From an uncultured Rickettsiales bacterium (lineage in GTDB: Bacteria; Pseudomonadota; Alphaproteobacteria; Micavibrionales; GCA-2720935), in the NCBI GenBank assembly GCA_950054255.1, contig CATLOR010000003.1, positions 121,816 through 185,815 of the forward strand: a stretch of DNA of 64,000 nt, in the 5' to 3' direction. Below the pieces are notes generated by a model that saw only the letters and a list, made by a program, of their open reading frames with translations, did not search any database and was not told where the DNA came from. Positions 48,746 to 57,340 of this stretch are shown here, one piece after another; position 1 is the stretch's first letter, and each line of letters begins with the position of its first letter. The position numbers were made by a program, and so were the translations under genes.

Positions 48746-49773
48746 GTGACCTGCTTGATTTAACCGTTGATACAAAGTCTTTGCGAGTTAGTAATCGCGA
48801 AGGTGATCGAAGAGAGTTCAAAGCTCTATTCGACAACAATGCTCTCTGGAAGTACGCAAAAACTATGGTTTCATTCGCAAACAGGGATGGCGGGGTGATA
48901 TTTTTTGGCGTAAAGGATCGCCCCAGAGAATTGGTAGGATTAACGGGCAATAACCCCGATGAGCTTGTTTTTGCTCATTTTTTAAAAGAATATTTTGAAC
49001 CAGAGATACGCTTCACTCTCGATACGCTTAAAATAGCGGGAAAAGACCTTCTTTATGTTCTAATCGAGGCTTCTCCAAATAAACCAGTCATTTGTAAAAA
49101 ACGAAAAGTATCCAAAAATAAAGAATCTGGGAAAACGGATAAGGAGCTACTTCGCGAAGGCGCTATTTATTATCGTTATTCATCTTCAACAGAAGAAATT
49201 AAATATCCGGAGCTTACAAAAATTTTAGAGGAGAAAGTGCAGAAAGTCTTTCATTCTATGGTCGATAACATAACCCTTCTCAATAAAGTTGGCTATGATC
49301 GTGCCGCTGTTGTAGATGCCAGCGAGTTGAGTGGAAACGATAAAAGCACATCCGTCTATATAACAACAGAAACAGCAAAAAATATTAATTGGATTCAAAA
49401 AGGGCGTTTTTCTGAAACAGAAGACCAGTCAGAAAAAGCATATTATGTGACTCGTGAAATTGAAGTTAGGCATGGCGTTGAAATTTCCAACCCAGTGCCC
49501 ACAGACCCAGGTTTAACGCATACCCTTACACAGACAGCATTAAGACAAGCTATTTCTTTATCAGGAAATCATCTTGATGCAGTTTTATGGAAGTTGGGGC
49601 TGTTAAATAACCCGAAATATCATTTGTCTGGCCAGCATGGAAAAAACAAATGGCATAAATTCACTGAAGCTACAAAAGACAAAGTTTTAGAAGCCTACCC
49701 TTTAGACCTTACTGGTAGACTTAATAAGGTCAAAGATGTGGTGAATGAATATCTACAAAGCCAAAGGAAATAA
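48742..49773 (+). CDS. AlbA_2 (Schlafen-like) domain protein
   Basis: TTG start preceded by AGGAGG, with a 4-nt overlap with the MTase stop. REFKALFDNNALWKYAKTMVSFANRDGGVIFFGVKD is the AlbA_2 pattern. Confidence 0.6.
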   Translation: MSDLLDLTVDTKSLRVSNREGDRREFKALFDNNALWKYAKTMVSFANRDGGVIFFGVKDRPRELVGLTGNNPDELVFAHFLKEYFEPEIRFTLDTLKIAGKDLLYVLIEASPNKPVICKKRKVSKNKESGKTDKELLREGAIYYRYSSSTEEIKYPELTKILEEKVQKVFHSMVDNITLLNKVGYDRAAVVDASELSGNDKSTSVYITTETAKNINWIQKGRFSETEDQSEKAYYVTREIEVRHGVEISNPVPTDPGLTHTLTQTALRQAISLSGNHLDAVLWKLGLLNNPKYHLSGQHGKNKWHKFTEATKDKVLEAYPLDLTGRLNKVKDVVNEYLQSQRK

Positions 49774-49784
49774 AGGAATAAATA

Positions 49785-51704
49785 ATGCCAAATATAGTAG
49801 ACGTCACATATGCCCAAACAGGGGAAAGCACCAAAACCAACTCAATGGGTATGCGTGAAATGCAAGAGCGTGCTTACTCTGCACGTGACGCTCAATATCT
49901 TCTTCTGAAAGCACCTCCTGCTTCAGGTAAATCTCGTGCGTTGATGTTTATTGCCTTGGATAAGCTGATTAACCAAGGCTTGAAAAAAGTGATTGTGGCC
50001 GTCCCTGAAAAATCTATCGGTGGTTCATTTGGAAATACTGATCTTAAAGAATACGGCTTCTATGCAAACTGGGAACCTAATGAGAAATACAACCTCTGCA
50101 CTCCGGGAGGCGATAAAAGCAAAGTGGATGCCTTTATGCGCTTTATGGAAGGTGACGAAAAAATTCTAATTTGTACGCATGCAACATTACGCTTTGCCTT
50201 TGAGCAGATCGATGAGAGCAAGTTTGATAATTGCCTACTTGCGATTGATGAATTTCACCATGTATCCGCAGATAAAGAAAACAGTCGCTTGGGTGGATTG
50301 CTACATTCGATAATGACTAAATCCAGCGCTCACGTGGTAGCGATGACAGGTTCATATTTCCGTGGCGATGGCGTTCCAGTACTTACACCAGAAGACGAAA
50401 AGAAATTTATACCAGTTACCTATAATTACTATGAGCAGTTGAATGGCTATACGCACCTGAAATCCTTGGGGATTGGATATCACTTTTATCAAGGTCGCTA
50501 CACTACAGCAATTGCCGAGGTTCTAGATACTGATAAAAAAACAATTCTACATATTCCCAGCGTGAATTCAGGTGAGTCAACAAAAGAGAAATATGACGAA
50601 GTTGACACAGTATTAGGCATTCTTGGCGAGGTTGATTATCAGGATGCTGAAACAGGTATTATATACCTAAAACGTCATACAGATGGGAAAACACTAAAAA
50701 TTGCAAACTTGGTAGAGGAATATCAAAGAGATCGCGTGCAGGAATACCTGCGTAATATTAAATCAGCTGATGATATTGATTTAATTATCGCTCTTGGCAT
50801 GGCAAAGGAAGGCTTTGACTGGCCGTATTGTGAGCATGCCTTAACGGTCGGTTACAGAGGGTCTTTGACTGAGGTTATTCAAATTATAGGGCGTTGTACG
50901 CGTGATAGCGATAACAAAACCCACGCGCAATTTACTAATCTGATTGCGCAACCCGATGCGGAAGATGGCTTAGTTACATTATCCGTTAATAATATGCTCA
51001 AGGCCATTACATGCTCACTTCTGATGGAGCAAGTGTTAGCACCTAATTTCAAATTCAAAACAAAGCTCTCAGATGACGATGAAGCAAAACCCGGAGAATT
51101 CAAAATTCGTGGTTTCAAAGAGCCTTCATCGAAAAGAGTAAAAGAGATTGTTGAATCTGATTTAAATGATCTAAAGGCAAGAATTCTTCAGGATGATAAA
51201 ATGATTAAGGCGCTGCCGGGTAATGTTGATCCAGAAGTGATTAACAAGGTGATGATTCCGAAGATTATCAAGATCAAATATCCAGAGCTATCAGATGCAG
51301 AAGTGGAAGAAGTACGCCAACATGTGGTCGTTGATTCCGTCATCAAGAATGGAGAAATCAAGGAAACTGGTGATAAACGCTTTATTCGGATGGCAGGTAA
51401 ATTTGTCAATATTGATGACCTGCACGTCGATCTGATTGATAGCGTTAATCCGTTCCAAGCCGCCTTTGAAATCCTATCTAAATCTGTAACAGCACAGGTC
51501 TTCCGAGTAATTCAGGAGGCAATTGAAGCCACCCGTATTCAAATGACGGATGAAGAAGCCATGCTGCTATGGCCAAAGATTAAGAGCTTTGTTCAAAACA
51601 ATAATGGTCAGCAACCAAATATCAATGCCGTTGACCCATTGGAACAACGATTAGCTGAGGCTCTGATATATATTCAAAACCAGCGCAGACAACAAAATTT
51701 ATAA
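49785..51704 (+). CDS. SF2 DExH-box helicase (YeeB-like / type III res-like)
   Basis: Motif I APPASGKSRA, motif II DEFHH, motif III MTGS, and motif VI QIIGRCTRD. Confidence 0.8.
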   Translation: MPNIVDVTYAQTGESTKTNSMGMREMQERAYSARDAQYLLLKAPPASGKSRALMFIALDKLINQGLKKVIVAVPEKSIGGSFGNTDLKEYGFYANWEPNEKYNLCTPGGDKSKVDAFMRFMEGDEKILICTHATLRFAFEQIDESKFDNCLLAIDEFHHVSADKENSRLGGLLHSIMTKSSAHVVAMTGSYFRGDGVPVLTPEDEKKFIPVTYNYYEQLNGYTHLKSLGIGYHFYQGRYTTAIAEVLDTDKKTILHIPSVNSGESTKEKYDEVDTVLGILGEVDYQDAETGIIYLKRHTDGKTLKIANLVEEYQRDRVQEYLRNIKSADDIDLIIALGMAKEGFDWPYCEHALTVGYRGSLTEVIQIIGRCTRDSDNKTHAQFTNLIAQPDAEDGLVTLSVNNMLKAITCSLLMEQVLAPNFKFKTKLSDDDEAKPGEFKIRGFKEPSSKRVKEIVESDLNDLKARILQDDKMIKALPGNVDPEVINKVMIPKIIKIKYPELSDAEVEEVRQHVVVDSVIKNGEIKETGDKRFIRMAGKFVNIDDLHVDLIDSVNPFQAAFEILSKSVTAQVFRVIQEAIEATRIQMTDEEAMLLWPKIKSFVQNNNGQQPNINAVDPLEQRLAEALIYIQNQRRQQNL

Positions 51705-51715
51705 GGTGTGATTGA

Positions 51716-52870
51716 GTGGATAAGGACGATTTATTAAAACTGATAAACGATGATGATTTAGGGCTATTAAATGTTAAGCCTAAGCAATCTGCTATTGTCA
51801 CTGCAGATGAGCGCCTTATTGCATCCTTTACTCAAATCAATCAGTTTGTTGCAGACAATGGACGAGAACCTGAAAGTGGTAAAGGCATTCAGGAACACCA
51901 ACTCTATGCTCGTCTTAACGGTATTCGTGAGAGTGCTGAGAAGATGGAAGCGCTTGCAAGCCTTGATGGACATGGCTTACTCAATGTCCAACGCACAGAA
52001 ATAAGCTCTATTGAAGATATTTTTGACGATGATGATTTGGGTATTTTGGGTAACGAAGCGGAGAGCATCTTTACGCTGAAGCACATCTCAAAAGAAACAA
52101 CGATGCCTGATTATGTTGCCAGTCGTAAGCCGTGTAAAGATTTTGAAATATTCGAGGCTAAATTCACTCAATGCCAGGCAGACCTGACAGCTGGAAAAAG
52201 AAAGCTATGGCCGTTTAAGAACGAACAACAAATCCAAAAGGGTTATTTCTTTGTTCTTAAAGGTGTTCTACTTTATGTGGCTGATGTTGGTGAAGTTGAG
52301 AAAAGTAACGGTAAAAAGAATGCTAGGTTACGCTGTATTTTTGAGAATGGAACAGAATCCGACATGTTGTTACGTTCATTGGCAGCCGAGCTTTATAAGG
52401 ATGGCCGTCGCGTAACTGAGCACGAAGATCAGTTGCTGGATGGCTTTAGCAATATTAACGAAGAAGACGAAGCAACAGGTTATATCTACGTCTTGCGCTC
52501 GTTAAGCACAAAGACTGATATTCAGGAACTTAACAACCTCTATAAAATTGGTTTCTCAACTGTTCCTGTAGAACAACGCATTAAGAATGCGGAAAACGAA
52601 CCAACATATTTAATGGCACCGGTTCATATTGTGGAGGCTTACCAGTGCTACAATATGAACCCACAAAAATTGGAACAGTTGCTTCACACATTCTTTGGGT
52701 CATCCTGTTTGAATATTGATATTTTCGATGGTAATGGCCAACGCCACACACCTCGTGAATGGTTCATTGCACCATTAGATATAATTGAACAAACGATACA
52801 TTTCGTGCTGAACGGCGACATTGTGAATTATCGTTATGATTCAGATAAACAAGAAATTGTGGGGAGGTAA
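51716..52870 (+). CDS. T5orf172 / GIY-YIG-superfamily (Mug113-like) protein, YeeC-like
   Basis: GTG start. The C-terminal half reads GYIYVLRS..LYKIGFSTVPVEQRIKN..EQLLHTFF..REWFIAPLDIIEQTI, which is the T5orf172 pattern. Confidence 0.65.
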   Translation: MDKDDLLKLINDDDLGLLNVKPKQSAIVTADERLIASFTQINQFVADNGREPESGKGIQEHQLYARLNGIRESAEKMEALASLDGHGLLNVQRTEISSIEDIFDDDDLGILGNEAESIFTLKHISKETTMPDYVASRKPCKDFEIFEAKFTQCQADLTAGKRKLWPFKNEQQIQKGYFFVLKGVLLYVADVGEVEKSNGKKNARLRCIFENGTESDMLLRSLAAELYKDGRRVTEHEDQLLDGFSNINEEDEATGYIYVLRSLSTKTDIQELNNLYKIGFSTVPVEQRIKNAENEPTYLMAPVHIVEAYQCYNMNPQKLEQLLHTFFGSSCLNIDIFDGNGQRHTPREWFIAPLDIIEQTIHFVLNGDIVNYRYDSDKQEIVGR

Positions 52871-52873
52871 AGA

Positions 52874-54256
52874 ATGCTTGATCAATCCTTCTCTGCTGAA
52901 AATTTCCGTAAAATTTTTGACTACGAAAACAGGAAAGGTAATTATCTTGCCGGGAGTTTCTTTCCAGACGCGAATGAAAAATCAAGAAAAATCAAACGAT
53001 GTAATGATGAGTTAAAGGAGCTCAAGAAACCCTCTGATGAAGATAAAGTTGATGCATATACTCAAAAGAAACAGGAGTTGGTTGAAAAGAAGACAAATTT
53101 AGAGCAGGAAAAAGAACAAATACTCGAAGATGCTTTTAAGAAGGTTAGCGATACAGCAACTCAAAAAAACTTTTCTTTAGATCTCGAAGATAGAGATATC
53201 AACGGCAAGAAAGTTTATGTTGCAGCGAATTCATCTGGAGACTATTCGGGGCTCGCTAAAGAGAAACGACTAAATTTAGCAGCCCAATTTTTTGCATTAA
53301 AACAGACACAGAAAAATATCAGTAAATTATATAAAGTTAAGCAAGCGGATCGTTATAATATAGTTTGCCAATTGAGAGAGGCTCTAAGAGGTCGTTTTCC
53401 TAAATATATTATTAGAACCGATATTTCGAGCTTTTATGAGAGCATTCCAAGGGTTGAATTAATAAAAAAAATCAATGAGGACAATCTTCTAACTTATAAT
53501 TCTAAGAAAACAATAAAACAGATCCTATATAAATATGGAACACTCCCTGGGGGGAGTTTCAAGGGCATCCCAAGAGGTGTTGGAATAAGCGCGTACCTCT
53601 CAGAATTACACATGCGCGAATTGGATGAAGAGATGCGAAACGCACCAAATGTTTTATATTACGCAAGGTATGTCGACGACATAATAATCATATACACTAA
53701 CGCCAACCCTAGCGTGAAATCATTGCGAGCATTCTGTAGAAACATTATTGAAAAGGGGCTGAAAAGAAACCGTCAAAAAACCTCTCTTATAAAGGCGAAT
53801 GGAAGTACACCGCACACCATTGATTATCTAGGCTATAGTTTTAGATTCGGCACCGGTGACGTTAAAGTAAACATAACAAAATCCAAAGTTGATCGGTATA
53901 AAAGTAAGATTGATCTATCTTTTTATGATTATGAAAAAAAATTAAAATATAATGAGAAAAAAGCTCGACGACTGCTAATAAAGCGAATTAAGTTTCTAAC
54001 TGGAAATACACGCTTAATTGGCAATAAGAAAAATATTCGAGTGGGGATATACTTTTCTAATAAGATTCTCACCGATCATTCTTATTTAAAGGGGATGGAC
54101 TGTTATCTAACTCACAAAGTATCTTCATTGCAAAATGAGCGAGCAAAAAACAGACTTAGTAAGCTGTCCTTTCAAAAAGGGTTCGTCGAGAAAACCTTTT
54201 ATAAATTTTCAAAGGCAGATTTAGAAAACATTATGGAGGCTTGGAAATATGCCTAA
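52874..54256 (+). CDS. Reverse transcriptase 1 (UG3/Drt3a-like, tentative class)
   Basis: 460 aa. RT motifs DISSFYESI, GIPRGVGISAYLSELHM, YARYVDDIIIIY (YVDD at 53669-53680), RNRQKTS and IDYLGYSF. There is an N-terminal charged coiled-coil and a GGGAGG RBS. Confidence 0.8.
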   Translation: MLDQSFSAENFRKIFDYENRKGNYLAGSFFPDANEKSRKIKRCNDELKELKKPSDEDKVDAYTQKKQELVEKKTNLEQEKEQILEDAFKKVSDTATQKNFSLDLEDRDINGKKVYVAANSSGDYSGLAKEKRLNLAAQFFALKQTQKNISKLYKVKQADRYNIVCQLREALRGRFPKYIIRTDISSFYESIPRVELIKKINEDNLLTYNSKKTIKQILYKYGTLPGGSFKGIPRGVGISAYLSELHMRELDEEMRNAPNVLYYARYVDDIIIIYTNANPSVKSLRAFCRNIIEKGLKRNRQKTSLIKANGSTPHTIDYLGYSFRFGTGDVKVNITKSKVDRYKSKIDLSFYDYEKKLKYNEKKARRLLIKRIKFLTGNTRLIGNKKNIRVGIYFSNKILTDHSYLKGMDCYLTHKVSSLQNERAKNRLSKLSFQKGFVEKTFYKFSKADLENIMEAWKYA

Positions 54257-56375
54257 GCGTCTTAAAATCAGATATAAAAAAGAGCGTGCCATCTTAGCGG
54301 ATGTCTTACCTTATGAAACCCCAGTGACTTTTACGAATCGTCATGTTTATGACTTTATAGAAAAGTTTAAGGTTACCATTAGTGATGACACGCTATCATG
54401 GAAGTCAAATAACAATGATGCATTAGATAAAATCATTCATATCTTATTTGCATTGCCAGAGAACCCAAGTCGTCTGTCCACCCAAAATGGCGGCATTAAG
54501 TCTTATGATTTCAATAACGGTGGCCAACCTAGGCCAGAGTACCCATTAATACCATTTGGCTATAAAATAAGTCACAAGCAAAAGGAGTTTCGTGAACTCA
54601 ATGTTCCTCATACCCGTAGTCAGCTACTCGTAGCCAACTTTTATGAACAGTATAAAGAAAGCATTATCTATTATTGTTCGCAAAGCTCTTTTTCAATACG
54701 CGCACCTCGAAAAATAGCCACACATAAGTTCTACAAGGACAATTTGCACAAATCAAAATTATCTGATGATGCTTCAATCATTGAAGAAAATGATAAGGAG
54801 TACAAGAACCAGAAATCTTTCTTTTCATACAAAGACTACAGCAATATCCATAAATTCTATGAGTCTCCACGATACCACCGTTGCGAGAAAAAATATAACA
54901 AACTCCTGAAGCTAGATATCTCCAAATGCTTTGATAGCATCTACACACATTCAATTGCATGGGCTCTTCTCGGAAAGCAAGAGGTCAAAGAAAACCTTAA
55001 AACCGTGGATAATACTTTTGCAGGCCAATTTGATAGGTTAATGCAGAATATTAACTATGGGGAAACGAATGGCATCATAATAGGTCCAGAACTATCCAGA
55101 ATCTTTGCTGAGATTATTTTGCAGGCTGCAGACAAAAAGGTCGAATTTCTTCTGAAAACAGAGCATGGCCTTAAAAACAAAGTAGATTTCGAGATGCTTC
55201 GTTATGTGGATGATTATTTTATCTTTTACAATGAGGAAGATGATAAAAGTACAATTGTAGAAACCGCCCAGCATGTTCTTAAAGAGTATAAGTTACACCT
55301 TAATTCGGCCAAAGAAGTTGAATATGAGAAGCCTCTCATAACAGAAATGTCTATCGCCAAAGAACGAATATCCAAACTCTTAGAAAACGAACTAAAATAT
55401 AGATTAGAGACAGTAGAGGAGGAAAGCGACGAAGGGCCTATTGAATACGAAAAGGGCAGCATCTACGTTAACAGCAAGAAGCTAATTATAGACTTCAAGA
55501 CTATTATCAAGGAGTGCCAGGTCGAATACAAAGATATGCTTAATTACTCCTTTTCAATTATTGAAAGGAAGTGTCATCAAATCATCAATGATTTCACAAA
55601 AGCCCACCCAGATCATCGATCAGAAGAAGGTTTTATAAAAGCGATCGTTGCCCTTCTGCAGTTTATATTTTTTATTTATTCAGTATCCCCAAGGGTCAAT
55701 ACCACAATAAAGCTTTGTATAATCTTAAAGACATTCCTGTCCTATTTGAAGGGCTCAAAATTCTGTCCTGAGAAAAATACACAAACTTCTAATATCAAGA
55801 ATTCTGAGAACAAGCACAGAGTTTTTAAATGCATCTACGACAATATTACTCTTGTTATGAAGAAGAATAAATGTAGCGATGCAACGCAAGTTGAAACTTT
55901 ATATTTGTTGATTGCACTGGCAGAGTTAGGAAAAGAATATTGGTTGGATGAAGATATTTTAGCGGAATACTTTGGTATAGAGGACTTGGAGAGTGAAAAT
56001 CCAAGAAAGAATAGCTGCCTAAATTATTTCTCCTTAACGGTACTTTTATATTATATGAGAGAAAAAGCCAAATACCGTAATTTGCGGAATTTAGTTGAAA
56101 AAATGGTGATTGAAAAGTTTCAGTGTGATGAAAAGATTCGAAGAAAGAGCTCCGAGCATACGATGTTGTTTTTTGATATGCTTTCGTGCCCTTTTATAAA
56201 AACTGAGACTAAGAAAAAAATTCTGCAGGCATATAATATAAACGATGCAAATCTGCAGAATGACCTGATTAATTTTCAAGTGGCTAACACTCCCAAACAA
56301 TTATGGTTCACAACTTGGGAAGGCTTCAATTTTAGTAAAGAGCTTGACGCAAAGCGTAGCCAAGAAGTATATTAA
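54249..56375 (+). CDS. Reverse transcriptase 2 (UG8/Drt3b-like, tentative class) with long C-terminal extension
   Basis: 708 aa. RT motifs LDISKCFDSIYTHSI, GIIIGPELSRIFAEI, LRYVDDYFIFY (YVDD at 55203-55214) and LNSAKE. Overlaps RT1 by 8 nt (ATGCCTAA). Confidence 0.8.
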   Translation: MPKRLKIRYKKERAILADVLPYETPVTFTNRHVYDFIEKFKVTISDDTLSWKSNNNDALDKIIHILFALPENPSRLSTQNGGIKSYDFNNGGQPRPEYPLIPFGYKISHKQKEFRELNVPHTRSQLLVANFYEQYKESIIYYCSQSSFSIRAPRKIATHKFYKDNLHKSKLSDDASIIEENDKEYKNQKSFFSYKDYSNIHKFYESPRYHRCEKKYNKLLKLDISKCFDSIYTHSIAWALLGKQEVKENLKTVDNTFAGQFDRLMQNINYGETNGIIIGPELSRIFAEIILQAADKKVEFLLKTEHGLKNKVDFEMLRYVDDYFIFYNEEDDKSTIVETAQHVLKEYKLHLNSAKEVEYEKPLITEMSIAKERISKLLENELKYRLETVEEESDEGPIEYEKGSIYVNSKKLIIDFKTIIKECQVEYKDMLNYSFSIIERKCHQIINDFTKAHPDHRSEEGFIKAIVALLQFIFFIYSVSPRVNTTIKLCIILKTFLSYLKGSKFCPEKNTQTSNIKNSENKHRVFKCIYDNITLVMKKNKCSDATQVETLYLLIALAELGKEYWLDEDILAEYFGIEDLESENPRKNSCLNYFSLTVLLYYMREKAKYRNLRNLVEKMVIEKFQCDEKIRRKSSEHTMLFFDMLSCPFIKTETKKKILQAYNINDANLQNDLINFQVANTPKQLWFTTWEGFNFSKELDAKRSQEVY

Positions 56376-56470
56376 ATATGCGCTTCACTCAAATTATTAA
56401 CACACACATGCGCACGTTAGTCTTTCTGAAAAAGTTAGTATAACATTGGCACCACTGGAGAGTGGTGCCT
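56376..56470 (+). ncRNA. Candidate RT-associated structured non-coding RNA (hypothesis)
   Basis: The non-coding tail directly after RT2 has a TGCGC (56379-56383)/GCGCA (56410-56414) stem. This stem encloses a loop with ACACACACA (56400-56408). A perfect 9-bp hairpin follows at 56448-56469. There are no expression data. Confidence 0.3.
56448..56469. terminator. GC-rich hairpin GGCACCACT-GGAG-AGTGGTGCC between the convergent RT2 and lysozyme genes
   Basis: Perfect 9-bp inverted repeat read in the sequence. No adjacent U-run on the plus strand, so it may be structural rather than an intrinsic terminator. Confidence 0.45.
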
Positions 56471-56523
56471 AAATGTTTCCGATCTTCTTCTCTATTTTTT
56501 AAGGCATAATCTAAAAATACTAC

Positions 56524-56958
56524 TTATAAAGTGTAAACCTTAGTCTCTGCCTCCCTGCGCCTTACAAGCCCTCTTAACTTACGGCCACCAGCCCAGACCC
56601 AGCGCATAAGCTGAGCCGGAACATTCTGGTGGTTCTTACGATTAATGACGCGGCGTAGGGTTGAGCGTTGTAGTGCGCCTGATCCTAAATTGTAGGTAAA
56701 TGACACCAGTGCATCAAACTGCCCGTCCGTTAATGGCACTGTAATTAAGCGCAGGACGGCACGTTCTGCTATTTGAGCATCTAAGCGCAGTAACTCTTCA
56801 GCCTCACCTTGAGTGATCCCGCCAGAGAAATCCTCACCCTTTTTAACGACGTGGCCGTAGCCGATTGTTGGGTATCCTGCAGGGCAAAAATAAACGGTTG
56901 GAGAGAAGCCCTCGAACCGTTTGATTAAATCTATACCTTCTTGTGTAATATGACGCAT
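56524..56958 (-). CDS. Phage endolysin, GH24 lysozyme
   Basis: 144 aa. LIKRFEGFSPTVYFCPAGYPTIGYGH contains the catalytic Glu and the T4/lambda-R-like motif. Confidence 0.85.
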   Translation of the reverse strand: MRHITQEGIDLIKRFEGFSPTVYFCPAGYPTIGYGHVVKKGEDFSGGITQGEAEELLRLDAQIAERAVLRLITVPLTDGQFDALVSFTYNLGSGALQRSTLRRVINRKNHQNVPAQLMRWVWAGGRKLRGLVRRREAETKVYTL

Positions 56959-56976
56959 ATTAGCCTCCGTTAAATA

Positions 56977-57267
56977 TTAATGTTTCTCCAGCGTTGCAAT
57001 GACCGTTAGTTTTTTATCGCCGCTCGTAAATACGCCCCAAAATTGCTCTTGGTCTAAGACCATTTTGCGGTCAATTTTCAGCTTAAATTTATCGACCTTA
57101 TATTTTAGGGCTAAGGGGAAGTCGGCCAGATCATAAAATGCTGTTCTGGCCAATCCAACTTGCTTCACCACCGCTTGATAATGATCCAGCAAACATTCAA
57201 TTTCACGATCCGAACATTGATCGCTCGTCATGTCCTCAATCATGGCTTTGTAGTAAATTTTTGACAT
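56977..57267 (-). CDS. Hypothetical phage protein
   Basis: 96-aa ORF between the holin and the endolysin. No family recognised. Confidence 0.3.
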   Translation of the reverse strand: MSKIYYKAMIEDMTSDQCSDREIECLLDHYQAVVKQVGLARTAFYDLADFPLALKYKVDKFKLKIDRKMVLDQEQFWGVFTSGDKKLTVIATLEKH

Positions 57268-57340
57268 TGTTCATCCTTTCTTTTGTTCTATCAGTAACGC
57301 TTCGTTTCGGAACTTAATCAACTGAATAAGATGTTATTAT

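Noticed and set aside
46079-51704. MTase plus helicase as BREX or DISARM.
   Set aside because: No PglZ, BrxC/PglY, BrxL, DrmA/DrmB (DUF1998) or PLD-type gene is present in the neighbourhood. The gene sizes and order fit the yeeABC-like arrangement better.
52874-56375. Possibility that the RT genes belong to a group II intron, a retron or a DGR.
   Set aside because: There is no maturase X or HNH tail and no intron RNA domains flanking the genes. The sizes (460 and 708 aa) and motif context are unlike retron RTs, and I could not see an upstream msr/msd-type inverted repeat. There is no DGR template/variable repeat pair or accessory gene. This should still be confirmed by RT phylogeny.
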